64,000 bases of DNA from a virus: IMG/VR virus record IMGVR_UViG_3300046519_000323, positions 1 to 64,000 of that record, one strand, 5' to 3'. Shown in pieces: positions 18,718 through 28,580 of the stretch. Each line of letters starts with the position of its first letter. The first letter of the stretch is position 1. The notes under the pieces are model-generated. The model worked only from the letters and a program-made list of their open reading frames with translations, was not told the DNA's origin and searched no databases. A program made the translations under genes and the position numbers.

Positions 18718-19848
18718 TTAATTAAAAAATGGGTTTACAGCCTCGCTATATTTTGTAGTAGTGCTATAGGTGAAATAAACATTTTCATGGAACTCCTGTT
18801 CCGTAATAACTTCACCTGTCATTGGACAACCAAATTCACCAGTTTCAGGATCAGCCGTACAATAATTTGCATATTGTTCTTCGCTTAGGACCATATCCTC
18901 TCGATAACCGTCATAAGGTTCATCATCGAATGCCTGGTAAAAAATGCCTCGACTCAGAATGCCTGCATCTATTAACTTTGAGGCAGCACTATAGAAATCA
19001 TCGTTCGATTTGTTGCCAAGGCATTCATTTAATATATTGGCGTTTATGTTTTCACTCTTTGCCCCAAAACGCTTCACTAACGGCGCTAAATCTAGCTCTG
19101 TTTCATTTATACCTATAATGCTTTGAATATGCTTTGCTGCTTCGATTGACTGCGCAATACGTATTTCGTTTAGCACCCTTCCGAGTCTTTGCTGTTCTTC
19201 TTGAAGCTGATATATACGGTTAGAAATACGTTTAGCTGCGCTTGGTTCAACCGCTGCAGCATCTTTGATTTTAAGGGCAGTATAGAGTCTTTCATTCCAA
19301 ACACTTGGCTCAGCATTCTCAAGTTGTTCTAACGAAAATTTTAGCTCTGTATGGCTACGCTGTAAGTCAAACAAATTAAAACCGTCGTGACCTGCTAAAC
19401 CTGTTTGAAAGACCTGTGATGCAATATCTACAAAGGCGCCTATCTTACTGAGAGTGTCCCCTAAACATTGATTAATTAATAGTTGATCTACTTCTTCAGC
19501 TTGCTTTAGAAAATTTGAAATATAGTTTTCAAGCTTTTCTAAATCTACAAGCGTTTGCTCTTCATAAGGCTTACATGCAGCTACACCATGATTTAGCCAA
19601 GCCTTAGAGTGAGGACACCAGCAATCATATGTATATAGGTATAACTCATTACCCTGCTTTAATTCATCTTCAGTTCGTTTTCTAAAGTTTTTACCAAAAT
19701 GTGAACAATTCCAGAATTGTGCGCCGTCGGGTTTTTCTTGCAATACAGTTTTAGCATCTTCAAAGCTTATGACTGCAGACTCACCGAATCTGAAATAAAA
19801 AATAAAACGGCGTGATTGATTAGTTTGAGTTGTCATGTTTTTCCCCAA
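18718..19848 (-). CDS. hypothetical protein
   Basis: 376-aa ORF; contains the A..VLQEKPDGAQFW motif shared with other early ORFs. Confidence 0.55.
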   Translation of the reverse strand: MGKNMTTQTNQSRRFIFYFRFGESAVISFEDAKTVLQEKPDGAQFWNCSHFGKNFRKRTEDELKQGNELYLYTYDCWCPHSKAWLNHGVAACKPYEEQTLVDLEKLENYISNFLKQAEEVDQLLINQCLGDTLSKIGAFVDIASQVFQTGLAGHDGFNLFDLQRSHTELKFSLEQLENAEPSVWNERLYTALKIKDAAAVEPSAAKRISNRIYQLQEEQQRLGRVLNEIRIAQSIEAAKHIQSIIGINETELDLAPLVKRFGAKSENINANILNECLGNKSNDDFYSAASKLIDAGILSRGIFYQAFDDEPYDGYREDMVLSEEQYANYCTADPETGEFGCPMTGEVITEQEFHENVYFTYSTTTKYSEAVNPFFN

Positions 19849-20449
19849 GGTTTTTAAATTCGTCTTTCAATTCGTTTGTTTGGTCTGGCTCATTACTTCC
19901 AGTGCATTTAAAGCGGTGGTTTATGGCCTGAGGGCAACGTTTATTACCGCAATCAGGACAAAGAAGCATTCGGGTAACTGGTAACTTCAGGTCTTTCTGA
20001 CATTGGTTACAATCGTAGAAAGTTGGCAAAATGTCCTTTTTATTCCCCTTAAATGAATCTATAAGGGCCTGCTTATAAGAAGGGGCCATATCTTTAGTAT
20101 CGATGACCATAAACGGCGGTTGAATAGATAACATTGCTTTTCTAGCAATTATTTTACAAATCCCTTCACGCAGCCGATTCGAATACAAATAACGATGTAC
20201 AAACCCAAGAAAATTGGTCTTTGCATCATCACTTACAGATTCAAATACTTTTGTATTTTCGTCACAGAATTTGGTTAGAGAACCCGTAAACTTTTCATCT
20301 GTTTGTTTAAGTATTTCTTCTTCAGGCATGTTTAAAGATTCAGGTAGCCACTCTAAACCTGACATTAATAGAGCTGAACCATAATCACCACGTAGCAAAT
20401 GACGAGAGAAACTGGATTGCTTTATTGCAGTATCAAGATGCGATTGCAT
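19820..20449 (-). CDS. hypothetical protein with C-terminal zinc-ribbon
   Basis: 209 aa; CNQC...CPDCGNKRC; GAGG SD; first gene after array A. Confidence 0.55.
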   Translation of the reverse strand: MQSHLDTAIKQSSFSRHLLRGDYGSALLMSGLEWLPESLNMPEEEILKQTDEKFTGSLTKFCDENTKVFESVSDDAKTNFLGFVHRYLYSNRLREGICKIIARKAMLSIQPPFMVIDTKDMAPSYKQALIDSFKGNKKDILPTFYDCNQCQKDLKLPVTRMLLCPDCGNKRCPQAINHRFKCTGSNEPDQTNELKDEFKNLGEKHDNSN

Positions 20450-20459
20450 AATTACCTCG

Positions 20460-20497
20460 CGTTCAAATGTTCATATGTTTAAATGAACATTTGAAGC
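20460..20497. promoter_or_regulatory. 8-bp-register hexamer array A (5 units)
   Basis: cGTTCA aa TGTTCA ta TGTTTA aa TGAACA tt TGAAGC; arms form the 13-bp inverted repeat TTCAAATGTTCAT / ATGAACATTTGAA. Confidence 0.7.
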
Positions 20498-20552
20498 AAA
20501 AAAATGTGTTTACTATATTTGGGCGAATGGTAAGGGGCTATACAGGCTCATT

Positions 20553-21791
20553 TTAAGAATTATTCCACGTGTTATAAGGCTGTACATCAGCAAGAGGACA
20601 CCCAAAAGGATGACCATTTTCTTCTAAACGGCCAAATACATAACCATCTTCTACGCGGTCCAGTTTACCTATGCCTTGAATGCGTTTACCGTCAGTCTCA
20701 ACGCGGTTTAGAGACTCAAAATCTACATAAACCTTATCACCCGCTTTAAGTTCCTGAGGTCGCAATTCTAAAGACTGTCTCCAATCACCTTTGTAGGGAT
20801 TTTCGCCCCTTGTCAGATTGAAAAAAGCAGATAAGTGGGATTGATTACGCCACGCATTGCCAACAATATGCGGCGGTACCAGCCACCCGCATGCCATACC
20901 ATCCTCATCGGTTGCCATAGCTTTCACATGTTCAGGAATTTTTGACCAGTCATAAAGAGTTTTAGGCTCTTCAATTTTGACTAAATCAGTTTCATCCGAA
21001 TGTGCTTTATTTTCTATATTGGCAAAGATTTCCTCAGCTGTTTTCAAAGGCGTAGAAAATTCAAGACGCTTGTCTTTGTCATACAAATCGTCGCAACGGT
21101 TAAAATCAAATACACCCATGGCAGTCATGAAAATTGCTTGAATATAAGCAGGGTCAATATTTAATTCTTTAAGCTCTTTAGGTAATTGCTGATCGGTTGA
21201 TTTGACTACACGGCGATAAAAAGCCTGTGCAAAATTACAGGTATCAATCACATCAGGGCATTTGATTCGATGGAGTTGGTCACGCAACTTATTGCATTCA
21301 CCTCTTAACTCTTCTACTTTACGTTTAAGAAAGAGGTTCTGTTCAGTCTTAGCTAGTGCGCGTTTATTTGCTGTATCCAATTTTTCAGATAGATATTGCC
21401 AAACCCGATACTCTGCTTCACGTTCAGCTTCATTTGTTTCGTCAAAATATACGTTTTCATAAACAGCACGACTCTCTTCAGAATCAGAAAGATTATGTAG
21501 CTTTAAGGATTGCTGATAATGCCAATTAAGAAATTCAGAGCTGTATTTATTCATATATTTTTCCGCCATTGCAGCTGTATTCATGATTTGCGTATGTGAC
21601 CAATAAACGGCGCCGTGCTCCCCTTCTGCTTGCAGCCATAGAAACCACTTATTTAAGTAGGGTGACCAGGCAAGCAGCTGGCTGCCATCATTAGACTTAA
21701 AAAACTTTTGATACTCTGTATCATAGATTTCAGCATCTTCAGGCATTTCATTAAGCAGCTGGCAAGCCAAAGCAATGGTTAGATGCTTCAT
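20553..21791 (-). CDS. hypothetical protein
   Basis: 412-aa ORF. Confidence 0.55.
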   Translation of the reverse strand: MKHLTIALACQLLNEMPEDAEIYDTEYQKFFKSNDGSQLLAWSPYLNKWFLWLQAEGEHGAVYWSHTQIMNTAAMAEKYMNKYSSEFLNWHYQQSLKLHNLSDSEESRAVYENVYFDETNEAEREAEYRVWQYLSEKLDTANKRALAKTEQNLFLKRKVEELRGECNKLRDQLHRIKCPDVIDTCNFAQAFYRRVVKSTDQQLPKELKELNIDPAYIQAIFMTAMGVFDFNRCDDLYDKDKRLEFSTPLKTAEEIFANIENKAHSDETDLVKIEEPKTLYDWSKIPEHVKAMATDEDGMACGWLVPPHIVGNAWRNQSHLSAFFNLTRGENPYKGDWRQSLELRPQELKAGDKVYVDFESLNRVETDGKRIQGIGKLDRVEDGYVFGRLEENGHPFGCPLADVQPYNTWNNS

Positions 21792-22030
21792 AGTTTTCCC
21801 CGTGGTGTACGGCTGCCGATTAAACGCAAATCCATTTTTTTACCTAATTTAAGCTCAGGTTTAGCAGCTATACGCAAACCTGTTTTTGGTACCGAAATTT
21901 TTCTAGCTGCAGAGTGAAGTTCATAACATTTTGTCTTACCTTCATTGATTGCTACAACTTTATACAAAGCTAGATCGGCGGGATTGGTTCTCACTACGAT
22001 GTCACCAATCAGAAAATCCTGTTTGTTCAT
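21788..22030 (-). CDS. hypothetical protein
   Basis: 80-aa ORF, 4-nt overlaps on both sides. Confidence 0.5.
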   Translation of the reverse strand: MNKQDFLIGDIVVRTNPADLALYKVVAINEGKTKCYELHSAARKISVPKTGLRIAAKPELKLGKKMDLRLIGSRTPRGKL

Positions 22031-22527
22031 GCCTGCGCCGTCCCTTTATTTTCTTGTTCCAAATCCACCCCGCTTAAAGAATCATGAAGTTCATCTAACT
22101 TTTTGAAAAATTCATCAGGTAAATGATTTGGGTATGTTGTTGCAATTGAAGTTAATGCAGTCCATTTGGTTGTTGCTATCTCTAAACGCTTTTCAAGTTC
22201 TGCTAGGCGCTTTCTGTCCACTTCATGATGTTGCCATGACCAAAGACCACCCTCTTCACCACATTCATTTTCAAAAACATTTTGAGCTGATTCCTTTGGT
22301 AGCTTTGGTGCTCTTGGTTTTGGATGCCAAAATTCATCACCATTTAAAGCATTTCTGTCTTTATCGAAATGTAGTAATGAAAAGTGACAGTCATTTAAGA
22401 ATTTAAAACCTTCACCAGTTTTAATACTTTGATATACATGGCCTGCATCATCTGCATCGGCTAATGTTGGCAGCTGATCAACGGCGCGAATCCAACCGCC
22501 AAGATTAAATTTTGTTTGTTGGCTCAT
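22027..22527 (-). CDS. hypothetical protein
   Basis: Start moved to MSQQTKF (GGGGA SD 5 nt upstream); longest frame starts at 22557. Confidence 0.5.
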   Translation of the reverse strand: MSQQTKFNLGGWIRAVDQLPTLADADDAGHVYQSIKTGEGFKFLNDCHFSLLHFDKDRNALNGDEFWHPKPRAPKLPKESAQNVFENECGEEGGLWSWQHHEVDRKRLAELEKRLEIATTKWTALTSIATTYPNHLPDEFFKKLDELHDSLSGVDLEQENKGTAQA

Positions 22528-23392
22528 TGCCGTCCCCAAAAACTGAAATATAGTCATTAACCCATTGTTTTAATTTCGCTATAGAGGTGAAACCTTTATA
22601 AAGATCACGTTCAACACTTCTATCCATTTCCACCCATTCAGATTTGTTTGAGTCATAGCAACTGCTAGGGTTTTTAAAATACAAATTGCTTTTCCGTGAC
22701 CACACCTCAGCATCAGTTGGTGCTTGTTCTAAAATGTGTTTTGCTCGAGCAAAACCATTGCCGACCGCTTTGAATCTAAAATTTGCTAATGCCTCGATTT
22801 GCTCAATCGAATAGATGACATGCCTAACTTCTTCGACGTTTACATATACACCCGCAACATTCACAACAGGACCTAAACCATGTTGGGGGCTTATCGCCTC
22901 ATACCACTCAATTACACTTTTAACGTGTTCCATTGAGTTCTCTTTAATGAATTGAGCTGCAGGTATTTCTATTGGGGTAAAGATGGCCTTATATATATCT
23001 ATCCACTCTGTAAGGCTCTCAATCTCCCCTTTACTAACCCCAGCAAATTCAGAACCATACGAAATCAAGTATTCACGGTGTGCTTGAGCTTGAGCCAAAC
23101 CATTACCTTGTTTTGTTGCACGTGATTCAATTTTCTCAATTGCATAGAGTGCATGCTTAAGGTCCAAAATCTTAACCAAAGTCTCTAAGATGTTTTTATC
23201 ACCGTAATTAATTGAACTGGTGGCCCAATCATTTAAAGATTCGGAAAAGAACCACCAATGATCATCTTCAAACTTGTAATAAAGTGGGTTGCCACCATTG
23301 TCGCCGTAGTATGTGGCGCCCTTCAGCGCCTCATTAACTACTGTATGCGCAGCATCTACCCCTTCAGCTTTTATAAAATCTGTAGCTTTCAT
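22505..23392 (-). CDS. hypothetical protein with two internal repeats
   Basis: 295 aa; LKHALYAIEKIESRATKQGNGLAQAQAH.. repeated as VRHVIYSIEQIEALANFRFKAVGNGFARAKH.. Confidence 0.55.
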   Translation of the reverse strand: MKATDFIKAEGVDAAHTVVNEALKGATYYGDNGGNPLYYKFEDDHWWFFSESLNDWATSSINYGDKNILETLVKILDLKHALYAIEKIESRATKQGNGLAQAQAHREYLISYGSEFAGVSKGEIESLTEWIDIYKAIFTPIEIPAAQFIKENSMEHVKSVIEWYEAISPQHGLGPVVNVAGVYVNVEEVRHVIYSIEQIEALANFRFKAVGNGFARAKHILEQAPTDAEVWSRKSNLYFKNPSSCYDSNKSEWVEMDRSVERDLYKGFTSIAKLKQWVNDYISVFGDGNEPTNKI

Positions 23393-24129
23393 TTATTTGG
23401 AGCCTTTACATGTGTATTGACTGATTGACATTGCGATTCGCTTAAATCAATAACGCATGTATAGCCAGCTGCAGTATTTTCCCCAGCTGAGCGGCCATTC
23501 TTTGAATAAAACTTTTTAAAACGTTTTACTAAAACATCCTCAGGGCAATTTGCTTCATAACGAAAACCGCAATCGCCACAATCGATCATAGAAAGAGCCA
23601 TTTCACGGCTACTATCAATTGATAAACCATCATCTGAAGCGCAATTAGGGCACTTACCAAGAGGATTTTTATATTCCTTCTCTGGTGGGTAACAGTCTTG
23701 GTCTAAATACTCAGGACAAGCTTTGTGATGCGTTCGCGGGCTATCAGTACGCACGGCGGCACAAATACGGCAATAGTTATTAATTGGTTTGGCGTTTCCA
23801 AATACCAGCGATTTATTTTTTTCAATAAATCTATTAAATACTTCAGGGTGTACTGCTTCAGGAAAGTATTTTGTGATGTCTAATGGTCGCTTATTCCAAT
23901 ATCTATACATCACTGAATCTTTACGACGTATATACTTCCAATTGAAATGCCATAAGAACCAAATAGTATCTTTTAAAGATTTACTTACCCGAATACCGTT
24001 CACGTTGAAATAACCAGCTGCATCAAAGTGAACCTTGTAATCAATAATTCCTTCGATCGTTACTGTTTCGCCTCGCACCATCATCGCAAGGGGTTTACGT
24101 ACTTCAGCTTGTTGAATAGCTACTGACAT
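23389..24129 (-). CDS. hypothetical Cys-rich (zinc-ribbon) protein
   Basis: 246 aa; several CxxC pairs (CRICAA, CPNCAS, CGDCGF). Confidence 0.55.
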   Translation of the reverse strand: MSVAIQQAEVRKPLAMMVRGETVTIEGIIDYKVHFDAAGYFNVNGIRVSKSLKDTIWFLWHFNWKYIRRKDSVMYRYWNKRPLDITKYFPEAVHPEVFNRFIEKNKSLVFGNAKPINNYCRICAAVRTDSPRTHHKACPEYLDQDCYPPEKEYKNPLGKCPNCASDDGLSIDSSREMALSMIDCGDCGFRYEANCPEDVLVKRFKKFYSKNGRSAGENTAAGYTCVIDLSESQCQSVNTHVKAPNK

Positions 24130-24830
24130 TAGTATTGCCCCGCATCAATTAAGCGCTTTGCGAGTGCTTCAGCTGTGTTTTTAATTGCCCGATCTACATG
24201 TGAATCAAGTTCAGGACGCTCACATTTAAAAGTGCCGTCTTCATCAAACCATTCCACTCGTCGCGCATACTGTTTAAGCCATTGGTAGCGGTCACTATCC
24301 TTGTGTACTTCTGATTCATCCACTAAAAATGAAACGCTTGTATTAAAGTGCTTAGCGAGTAATTTAAGGGTATTAAGCGTCGGATTATCTTCAGCACCAA
24401 TTTCTAATCTATGTATCATTTCGTTGTTAAGAAATGTCTTTTCAGCTACTTCAGATATAGATTCACATTTTTTACGGCGCAATTCATACAAGTTATGGCC
24501 TAAGATGCCGCGGACAATAACGCTGATAACATTCAGCTTAATATATGGCTTACTGTGTAAACGCTTGTTATGCGGGTAACCATCATCTACGCCTATCCAA
24601 TGACCGCAGCCGTACATACCTGCACTTTCCCAAATCATTGCGGGCCCGTCTTTTTGCTCAGTCTCAGCAAAATATTGATAATGATTGTTTTCAGGGAATA
24701 GTTCGACAAACAAATCATTGATATCACAGCACGGCGCAGACTCTAGCACTTCGGTCAAGTAGCACATTAGCTCTTGCTCTGATTCAAATACAGAAGCATC
24801 TAACCCCAATTTTTCGATAATATTTTTCAT
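24129..24830 (-). CDS. XRE-type HTH domain protein
   Basis: 233 aa; ..LYELRRKKCESISEVAEKTFLNNEMIHRLEIGAEDNPTLNTLKLLAKHFNTSVSFLV.. Confidence 0.55.
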   Translation of the reverse strand: MKNIIEKLGLDASVFESEQELMCYLTEVLESAPCCDINDLFVELFPENNHYQYFAETEQKDGPAMIWESAGMYGCGHWIGVDDGYPHNKRLHSKPYIKLNVISVIVRGILGHNLYELRRKKCESISEVAEKTFLNNEMIHRLEIGAEDNPTLNTLKLLAKHFNTSVSFLVDESEVHKDSDRYQWLKQYARRVEWFDEDGTFKCERPELDSHVDRAIKNTAEALAKRLIDAGQY

Positions 24831-24942
24831 TTCTTTTTCGCCTTTTTTCTTTGTTTAGCCTTTTTACGAACTTCAATTGATGGTTGGGTAAGCTGCCATT
24901 TGTTTTGGGGACAATTAAAGTCCCGTGCCATTTCGTTAAAAT

Positions 24943-25536
24943 TCATTTCTTAACCTGTTTGTATGCTTTAAAGCTGTTAGGTATTTCCTGATCTTCTTCA
25001 ATAGCAATTTGATCGGCCCCTTTTGCTTTAAAACAGACAAAAGGAAATTCAAAAATAAGGAGGTAAATAGCCACCCACGATAATGCAAACAACATGATTG
25101 GCTTAAGTATTAACGGCGTATCGTTCAACATCTTATAGGCGTTATTTACTTGCTTAAGAACCCACTCAGAAATAGGGCGATTTATCACAATTTTAATAAC
25201 TGGATAACAGCGGTTAGTATCGCTTAACGCTTGTTTTAACATTGCTGTTTGCACTTTGTGTTTTTCACCTGGTGCATTTACCGTTAAAAACCGCTCTTGT
25301 TGCATTTCATATAGAGCTCTGTGTGCCTCAGCTTGCCCACCAAATTCATTTACGATTGAAATTGATTTTAAAACTCTTCTTAGCTCGCAAACGGTAAAGC
25401 CTTCACAAGAACGAACCCATACGCCTTTAATGATGTTTAGAGGCATGTTGTCAGGCACATGATATTTTTCTAACGATTGATAAAGCTTTTCAGCTTCATA
25501 AACACCATAGATACGAACCAAATCAAAAACGTTCAT
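24943..25536 (-). CDS. hypothetical membrane protein
   Basis: Start moved to MNVFDLV (AAGGGG SD, directly after stop of 25547..25957); C-terminal TM PIMLFALSWVAIYLLIFEFPFV. Confidence 0.5.
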   Translation of the reverse strand: MNVFDLVRIYGVYEAEKLYQSLEKYHVPDNMPLNIIKGVWVRSCEGFTVCELRRVLKSISIVNEFGGQAEAHRALYEMQQERFLTVNAPGEKHKVQTAMLKQALSDTNRCYPVIKIVINRPISEWVLKQVNNAYKMLNDTPLILKPIMLFALSWVAIYLLIFEFPFVCFKAKGADQIAIEEDQEIPNSFKAYKQVKK

Positions 25537-25546
25537 AGATAGCCCC

Positions 25547-25957
25547 TTAATCGTAAGATGAAGGTGAGCTAGATGAATCACTTGAGCAGCTGCTATCACT
25601 TGCATAGCTCTCAGTCTGTCTCGAATATGAAGGGCTCTCTACGCTAGTATGCGTATTGCAATAATCACTTTGAATGACTGCAGTGCCATGAACCTCTGTA
25701 GGACCATTAACTTCAGCTTGATACAATGGTGCTAAAGTCATTTGGTTGAGAGTAGTTTGATTGTGGTCATCACTATTATTCAGGCTGGTTTTGCTGCCTG
25801 AATAACGCTGTTTATTTACTGCCAAACGTTCTTGTTTAGCGCGTTCAAAACTTGCTTCACGCTTCGCTTGTACATGCAAATCTGTATGGGCTGTAAAGGT
25901 GCTTAATAAGAAAAAGCGTTTCCCACATTCTTGACACTTATAAATCATTTTCTTCAT
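25547..25957 (-). CDS. classical C2H2 zinc-finger protein with Ser-rich tail
   Basis: 136 aa; YKCQECGKRFFLLSTFTAHTDLH fits (F/Y)xCx2Cx3Fx5(hydrophobic)x2Hx3H exactly. Confidence 0.6.
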   Translation of the reverse strand: MKKMIYKCQECGKRFFLLSTFTAHTDLHVQAKREASFERAKQERLAVNKQRYSGSKTSLNNSDDHNQTTLNQMTLAPLYQAEVNGPTEVHGTAVIQSDYCNTHTSVESPSYSRQTESYASDSSCSSDSSSSPSSYD

Positions 25958-26672
25958 TCCATATTCTTAATGCGTAATAAATGTCAGCCAGCTCAATGTG
26001 AAAGACTTTATTAATAGTTAGAAGGGTGTTTTCATTTAGGTCGGTATATGTTTCACGCCAACTATCTAACATGGCTTCGTATGAGTGAAATATCATGCCA
26101 ATAGGCTCTATACGCTCACGTACACCAACTACTACGCCATCGCGTATTGTGTAAAAAGTATTGTAATAATCAGAGCTTTCCGCCCAATACGCTCGAACGA
26201 CGACGGCAGCAAACTCAGGTGCCGTTTCTAGGATTTTTCTAGCACTGTCCACCCCACCCGCTTGTGACAGGATGGTTGCGGCGAATGCATAAGAGATAGA
26301 CGGAACATTGATTAATGGCTGTTTAGACCCGTCTTTATGTTGACTAAACGTTTTAGTTTCTTCGTCGTACCAGTTGTCAATATCAGGGCTTTGGCTGCTA
26401 TACAAAATAGAGCGAGCACGGTCTTCACCGAATTGCTGTATGAATGCTGGATAATCGTAATCCGTTGCAATATCAGTACCGCAAAACGGGCAATGAGAAA
26501 TAATTGTTTTATCGTTGCCAGTGGTACCGACTGCAATCGTAAGGCGTTTTAAATCTAAAATTTGATTGCTGAACACTTGCTCATGAAAGCCAAACTTTTG
26601 ATGAACGGCGGCATTCGAAAGTGATTCACACATTTCGAGCCAATTACCCGTATTTTTACAAGCCATATTCAT
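25938..26672 (-). CDS. hypothetical protein
   Basis: 244-aa ORF; ..GGVDSARKILETAPEFAAV.. motif. Confidence 0.55.
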   Translation of the reverse strand: MNMACKNTGNWLEMCESLSNAAVHQKFGFHEQVFSNQILDLKRLTIAVGTTGNDKTIISHCPFCGTDIATDYDYPAFIQQFGEDRARSILYSSQSPDIDNWYDEETKTFSQHKDGSKQPLINVPSISYAFAATILSQAGGVDSARKILETAPEFAAVVVRAYWAESSDYYNTFYTIRDGVVVGVRERIEPIGMIFHSYEAMLDSWRETYTDLNENTLLTINKVFHIELADIYYALRIWNEENDL

Positions 26673-27265
26673 GCTGCAGCTCCCTGCAATGCATAATTCA
26701 ATTCGGCCAAGTTAATAAGATTGGGGTTACTACCACGCGGCATTTTGAGCCATTTAAAGTTTACGAAATGACGCCAGCCACAATCATAACGGACGTAATT
26801 TTTACCATTTAAATCGTAGTGGGTAGCTGTTTTTGCTCTCCCTTCTAAAATGCTTCTGGCTTCATTCAGATCACTAAAAAGTTCTAAAAGCTCATCTTCA
26901 ACCAGCTTGATAGCCTCTTTGACATCTTCAAGCGTGAACTCGATACCATAGTAATTAAATGCTGAAGCGCCTTTAGTTAAACAATCACGTAGCTTCTCTA
27001 TACCAAAGCGGAAACGAATATATCGAATATGATGCACATGCTTATGGCGATCATAGTTTTCAACTACATCACGTAAATCTTCTACACGGTAGACGTTACG
27101 ACCGTGGTTTTTAGTGATTTCGTTAAATACTTGTACTTCAAAATTTGACATTTTAAAGTAAGTTGCAGGGTCAAGCTTTTCGATACATTTGAGGCAGTTT
27201 GCTGCGTTAACCAATCCACCTAATGCTTCAAGCAGAGCAAAGCCGGTCTTAAAATTTCTTTCCAT
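26669..27265 (-). CDS. hypothetical protein
   Basis: Start moved to MERNFKT (AGGGG SD, no overlap with 27276..27578); ..ARSILEGRAKTATHYD.. motif. Confidence 0.5.
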   Translation of the reverse strand: MERNFKTGFALLEALGGLVNAANCLKCIEKLDPATYFKMSNFEVQVFNEITKNHGRNVYRVEDLRDVVENYDRHKHVHHIRYIRFRFGIEKLRDCLTKGASAFNYYGIEFTLEDVKEAIKLVEDELLELFSDLNEARSILEGRAKTATHYDLNGKNYVRYDCGWRHFVNFKWLKMPRGSNPNLINLAELNYALQGAAA

Positions 27266-27275
27266 TTTTAGCCCC

Positions 27276-27578
27276 TTAAAACGTTGTTTGTTGACCGATA
27301 GCACGGGTCAACATCATCAAACCGATTTGAAAGTTATCAGTTGAGAGAGCAATAAATTTTTCAGGATTGGCTTTACACAAACGCTCATACTCTTCAACGT
27401 CAAAAACTTGGTTATTTACCTCATTCATACAGTTGTAGCGTTGGTTAGCGACGTAAGCTGTCACCTTTTGAATTACCGTCTCTACTAAAGGACCAAGTGC
27501 CTTAACCTCATTCATTAAATCCACTTCTTCTTGATTTAATTCGCGGTACCCTTTGATTTTTTGATGTTGGTTTTGCAT
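27276..27578 (-). CDS. hypothetical protein
   Basis: 100-aa ORF. Confidence 0.5.
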   Translation of the reverse strand: MQNQHQKIKGYRELNQEEVDLMNEVKALGPLVETVIQKVTAYVANQRYNCMNEVNNQVFDVEEYERLCKANPEKFIALSTDNFQIGLMMLTRAIGQQTTF

Positions 27579-27974
27579 CTATTTCCCCTTAATAACCTTT
27601 AATATTTGTTGAAATTGAAAGTCGCCTCGTAAGCGCTTCGCTAAATACAAATGTTTTGCTAACTTAAAAATGCGTTGTGGTGTATTGACGTATGCAAGGT
27701 CAGTAAACGGCGGTAAGAAGCCATCAAAAACGCCGTGTATTTCTTCAAAAATGACATCTACCAAAAGCTCGTAAGCTGGTTTGCAGTCCGATTCAGAATC
27801 CCATTCACCCGTACGGAACCAAAACATAAGTACATCGGGACACTCGTCATAACCGAAATTTGACTTTTTAGCGGCCCCCAATTTGATAAGGACCTCTGCA
27901 GCACGTGCATTTATTTTTTTCGTGATTCTTGGTTTACGTGAAACCTTAACTTTTACAGCCATATCACCACCCAT
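27579..27974 (-). CDS. hypothetical protein
   Basis: 131-aa ORF. Confidence 0.5.
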   Translation of the reverse strand: MGGDMAVKVKVSRKPRITKKINARAAEVLIKLGAAKKSNFGYDECPDVLMFWFRTGEWDSESDCKPAYELLVDVIFEEIHGVFDGFLPPFTDLAYVNTPQRIFKLAKHLYLAKRLRGDFQFQQILKVIKGK

Positions 27975-28456
27975 TAAGCAACGGTTGTTACGCCTCGAAT
28001 GATGTGTAGAACAGTTTCATACGCCTCAGCTTGGCCTTTCCAAAACTCCGCACTGTTTTCTTCACAGTTCTGAGAACGTACGGCGACTGCCTCACGCTGC
28101 CCTTTAATCTGTTTCGTAATGTCTTGGATTTGATTAGCTTGGGTTGAATTACCTAAGGCTTCAGAAAGCTGTAATTCCAATGAAATCGCTTTTGCATTGA
28201 CCAGCATGTAATTTGCATTAGTGAGGTCATTAACAAGCGTATTAATGCTTTTATAGCGTGATGCAACAAAACCGCGACCATCCTGATAATCAGCTTTGTA
28301 AATTCGCTCGCTGGTGTCATACACGATTGCAGTCGCTTGATGCTTATGAAAAGCGATGTATAAACTTTCATTTTGTACAGGCAATCTCTTCAAAACTGAA
28401 TTGATTGCATCCGCCCCAATTAAAGAAATTAAATTTTTCTCAAGTGTCATATTCAT
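27974..28456 (-). CDS. hypothetical protein
   Basis: Start moved to MNMTLEKN; the longer frame would translate the TATACA operator pair. Confidence 0.5.
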   Translation of the reverse strand: MNMTLEKNLISLIGADAINSVLKRLPVQNESLYIAFHKHQATAIVYDTSERIYKADYQDGRGFVASRYKSINTLVNDLTNANYMLVNAKAISLELQLSEALGNSTQANQIQDITKQIKGQREAVAVRSQNCEENSAEFWKGQAEAYETVLHIIRGVTTVA

Positions 28457-28481
28457 ATTCCGTATCTGAACGCGACAATTA

Positions 28482-28528
28482 TATACAATATTGTATATAT
28501 TTAAATACATTTTATACACTAATGTATA
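28482..28528. promoter_or_regulatory. two TATACA-N4-TGTATA operators, 31 bp centre to centre
   Basis: TATACAATATTGTATA (28482-28497) and TATACACTAATGTATA (28513-28528), upstream of 27974..28456. Confidence 0.65.
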
Positions 28529-28538
28529 ATTAAGTTAT

Positions 28539-28560
28539 AAAAAAAGCCTCAATTGAGGCT
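28539..28560 (-). terminator. rho-independent terminator after the tape-measure-like gene
   Basis: AGCCTC AATT GAGGCT hairpin, T7 on the minus strand. Confidence 0.7.
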
Positions 28561-28580
28561 AATTAATGCATTTTGTGTAT

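Noticed and set aside
24831-24945. Possible small basic ORF (about 40-50 codons) in the gap between 24943..25605 and 24129..24830
   Set aside because: My hand translation of this stretch did not agree with the ORF-track frame of the neighbouring gene by one nucleotide. I therefore cannot fix its frame or its stop, and there is no motif support.
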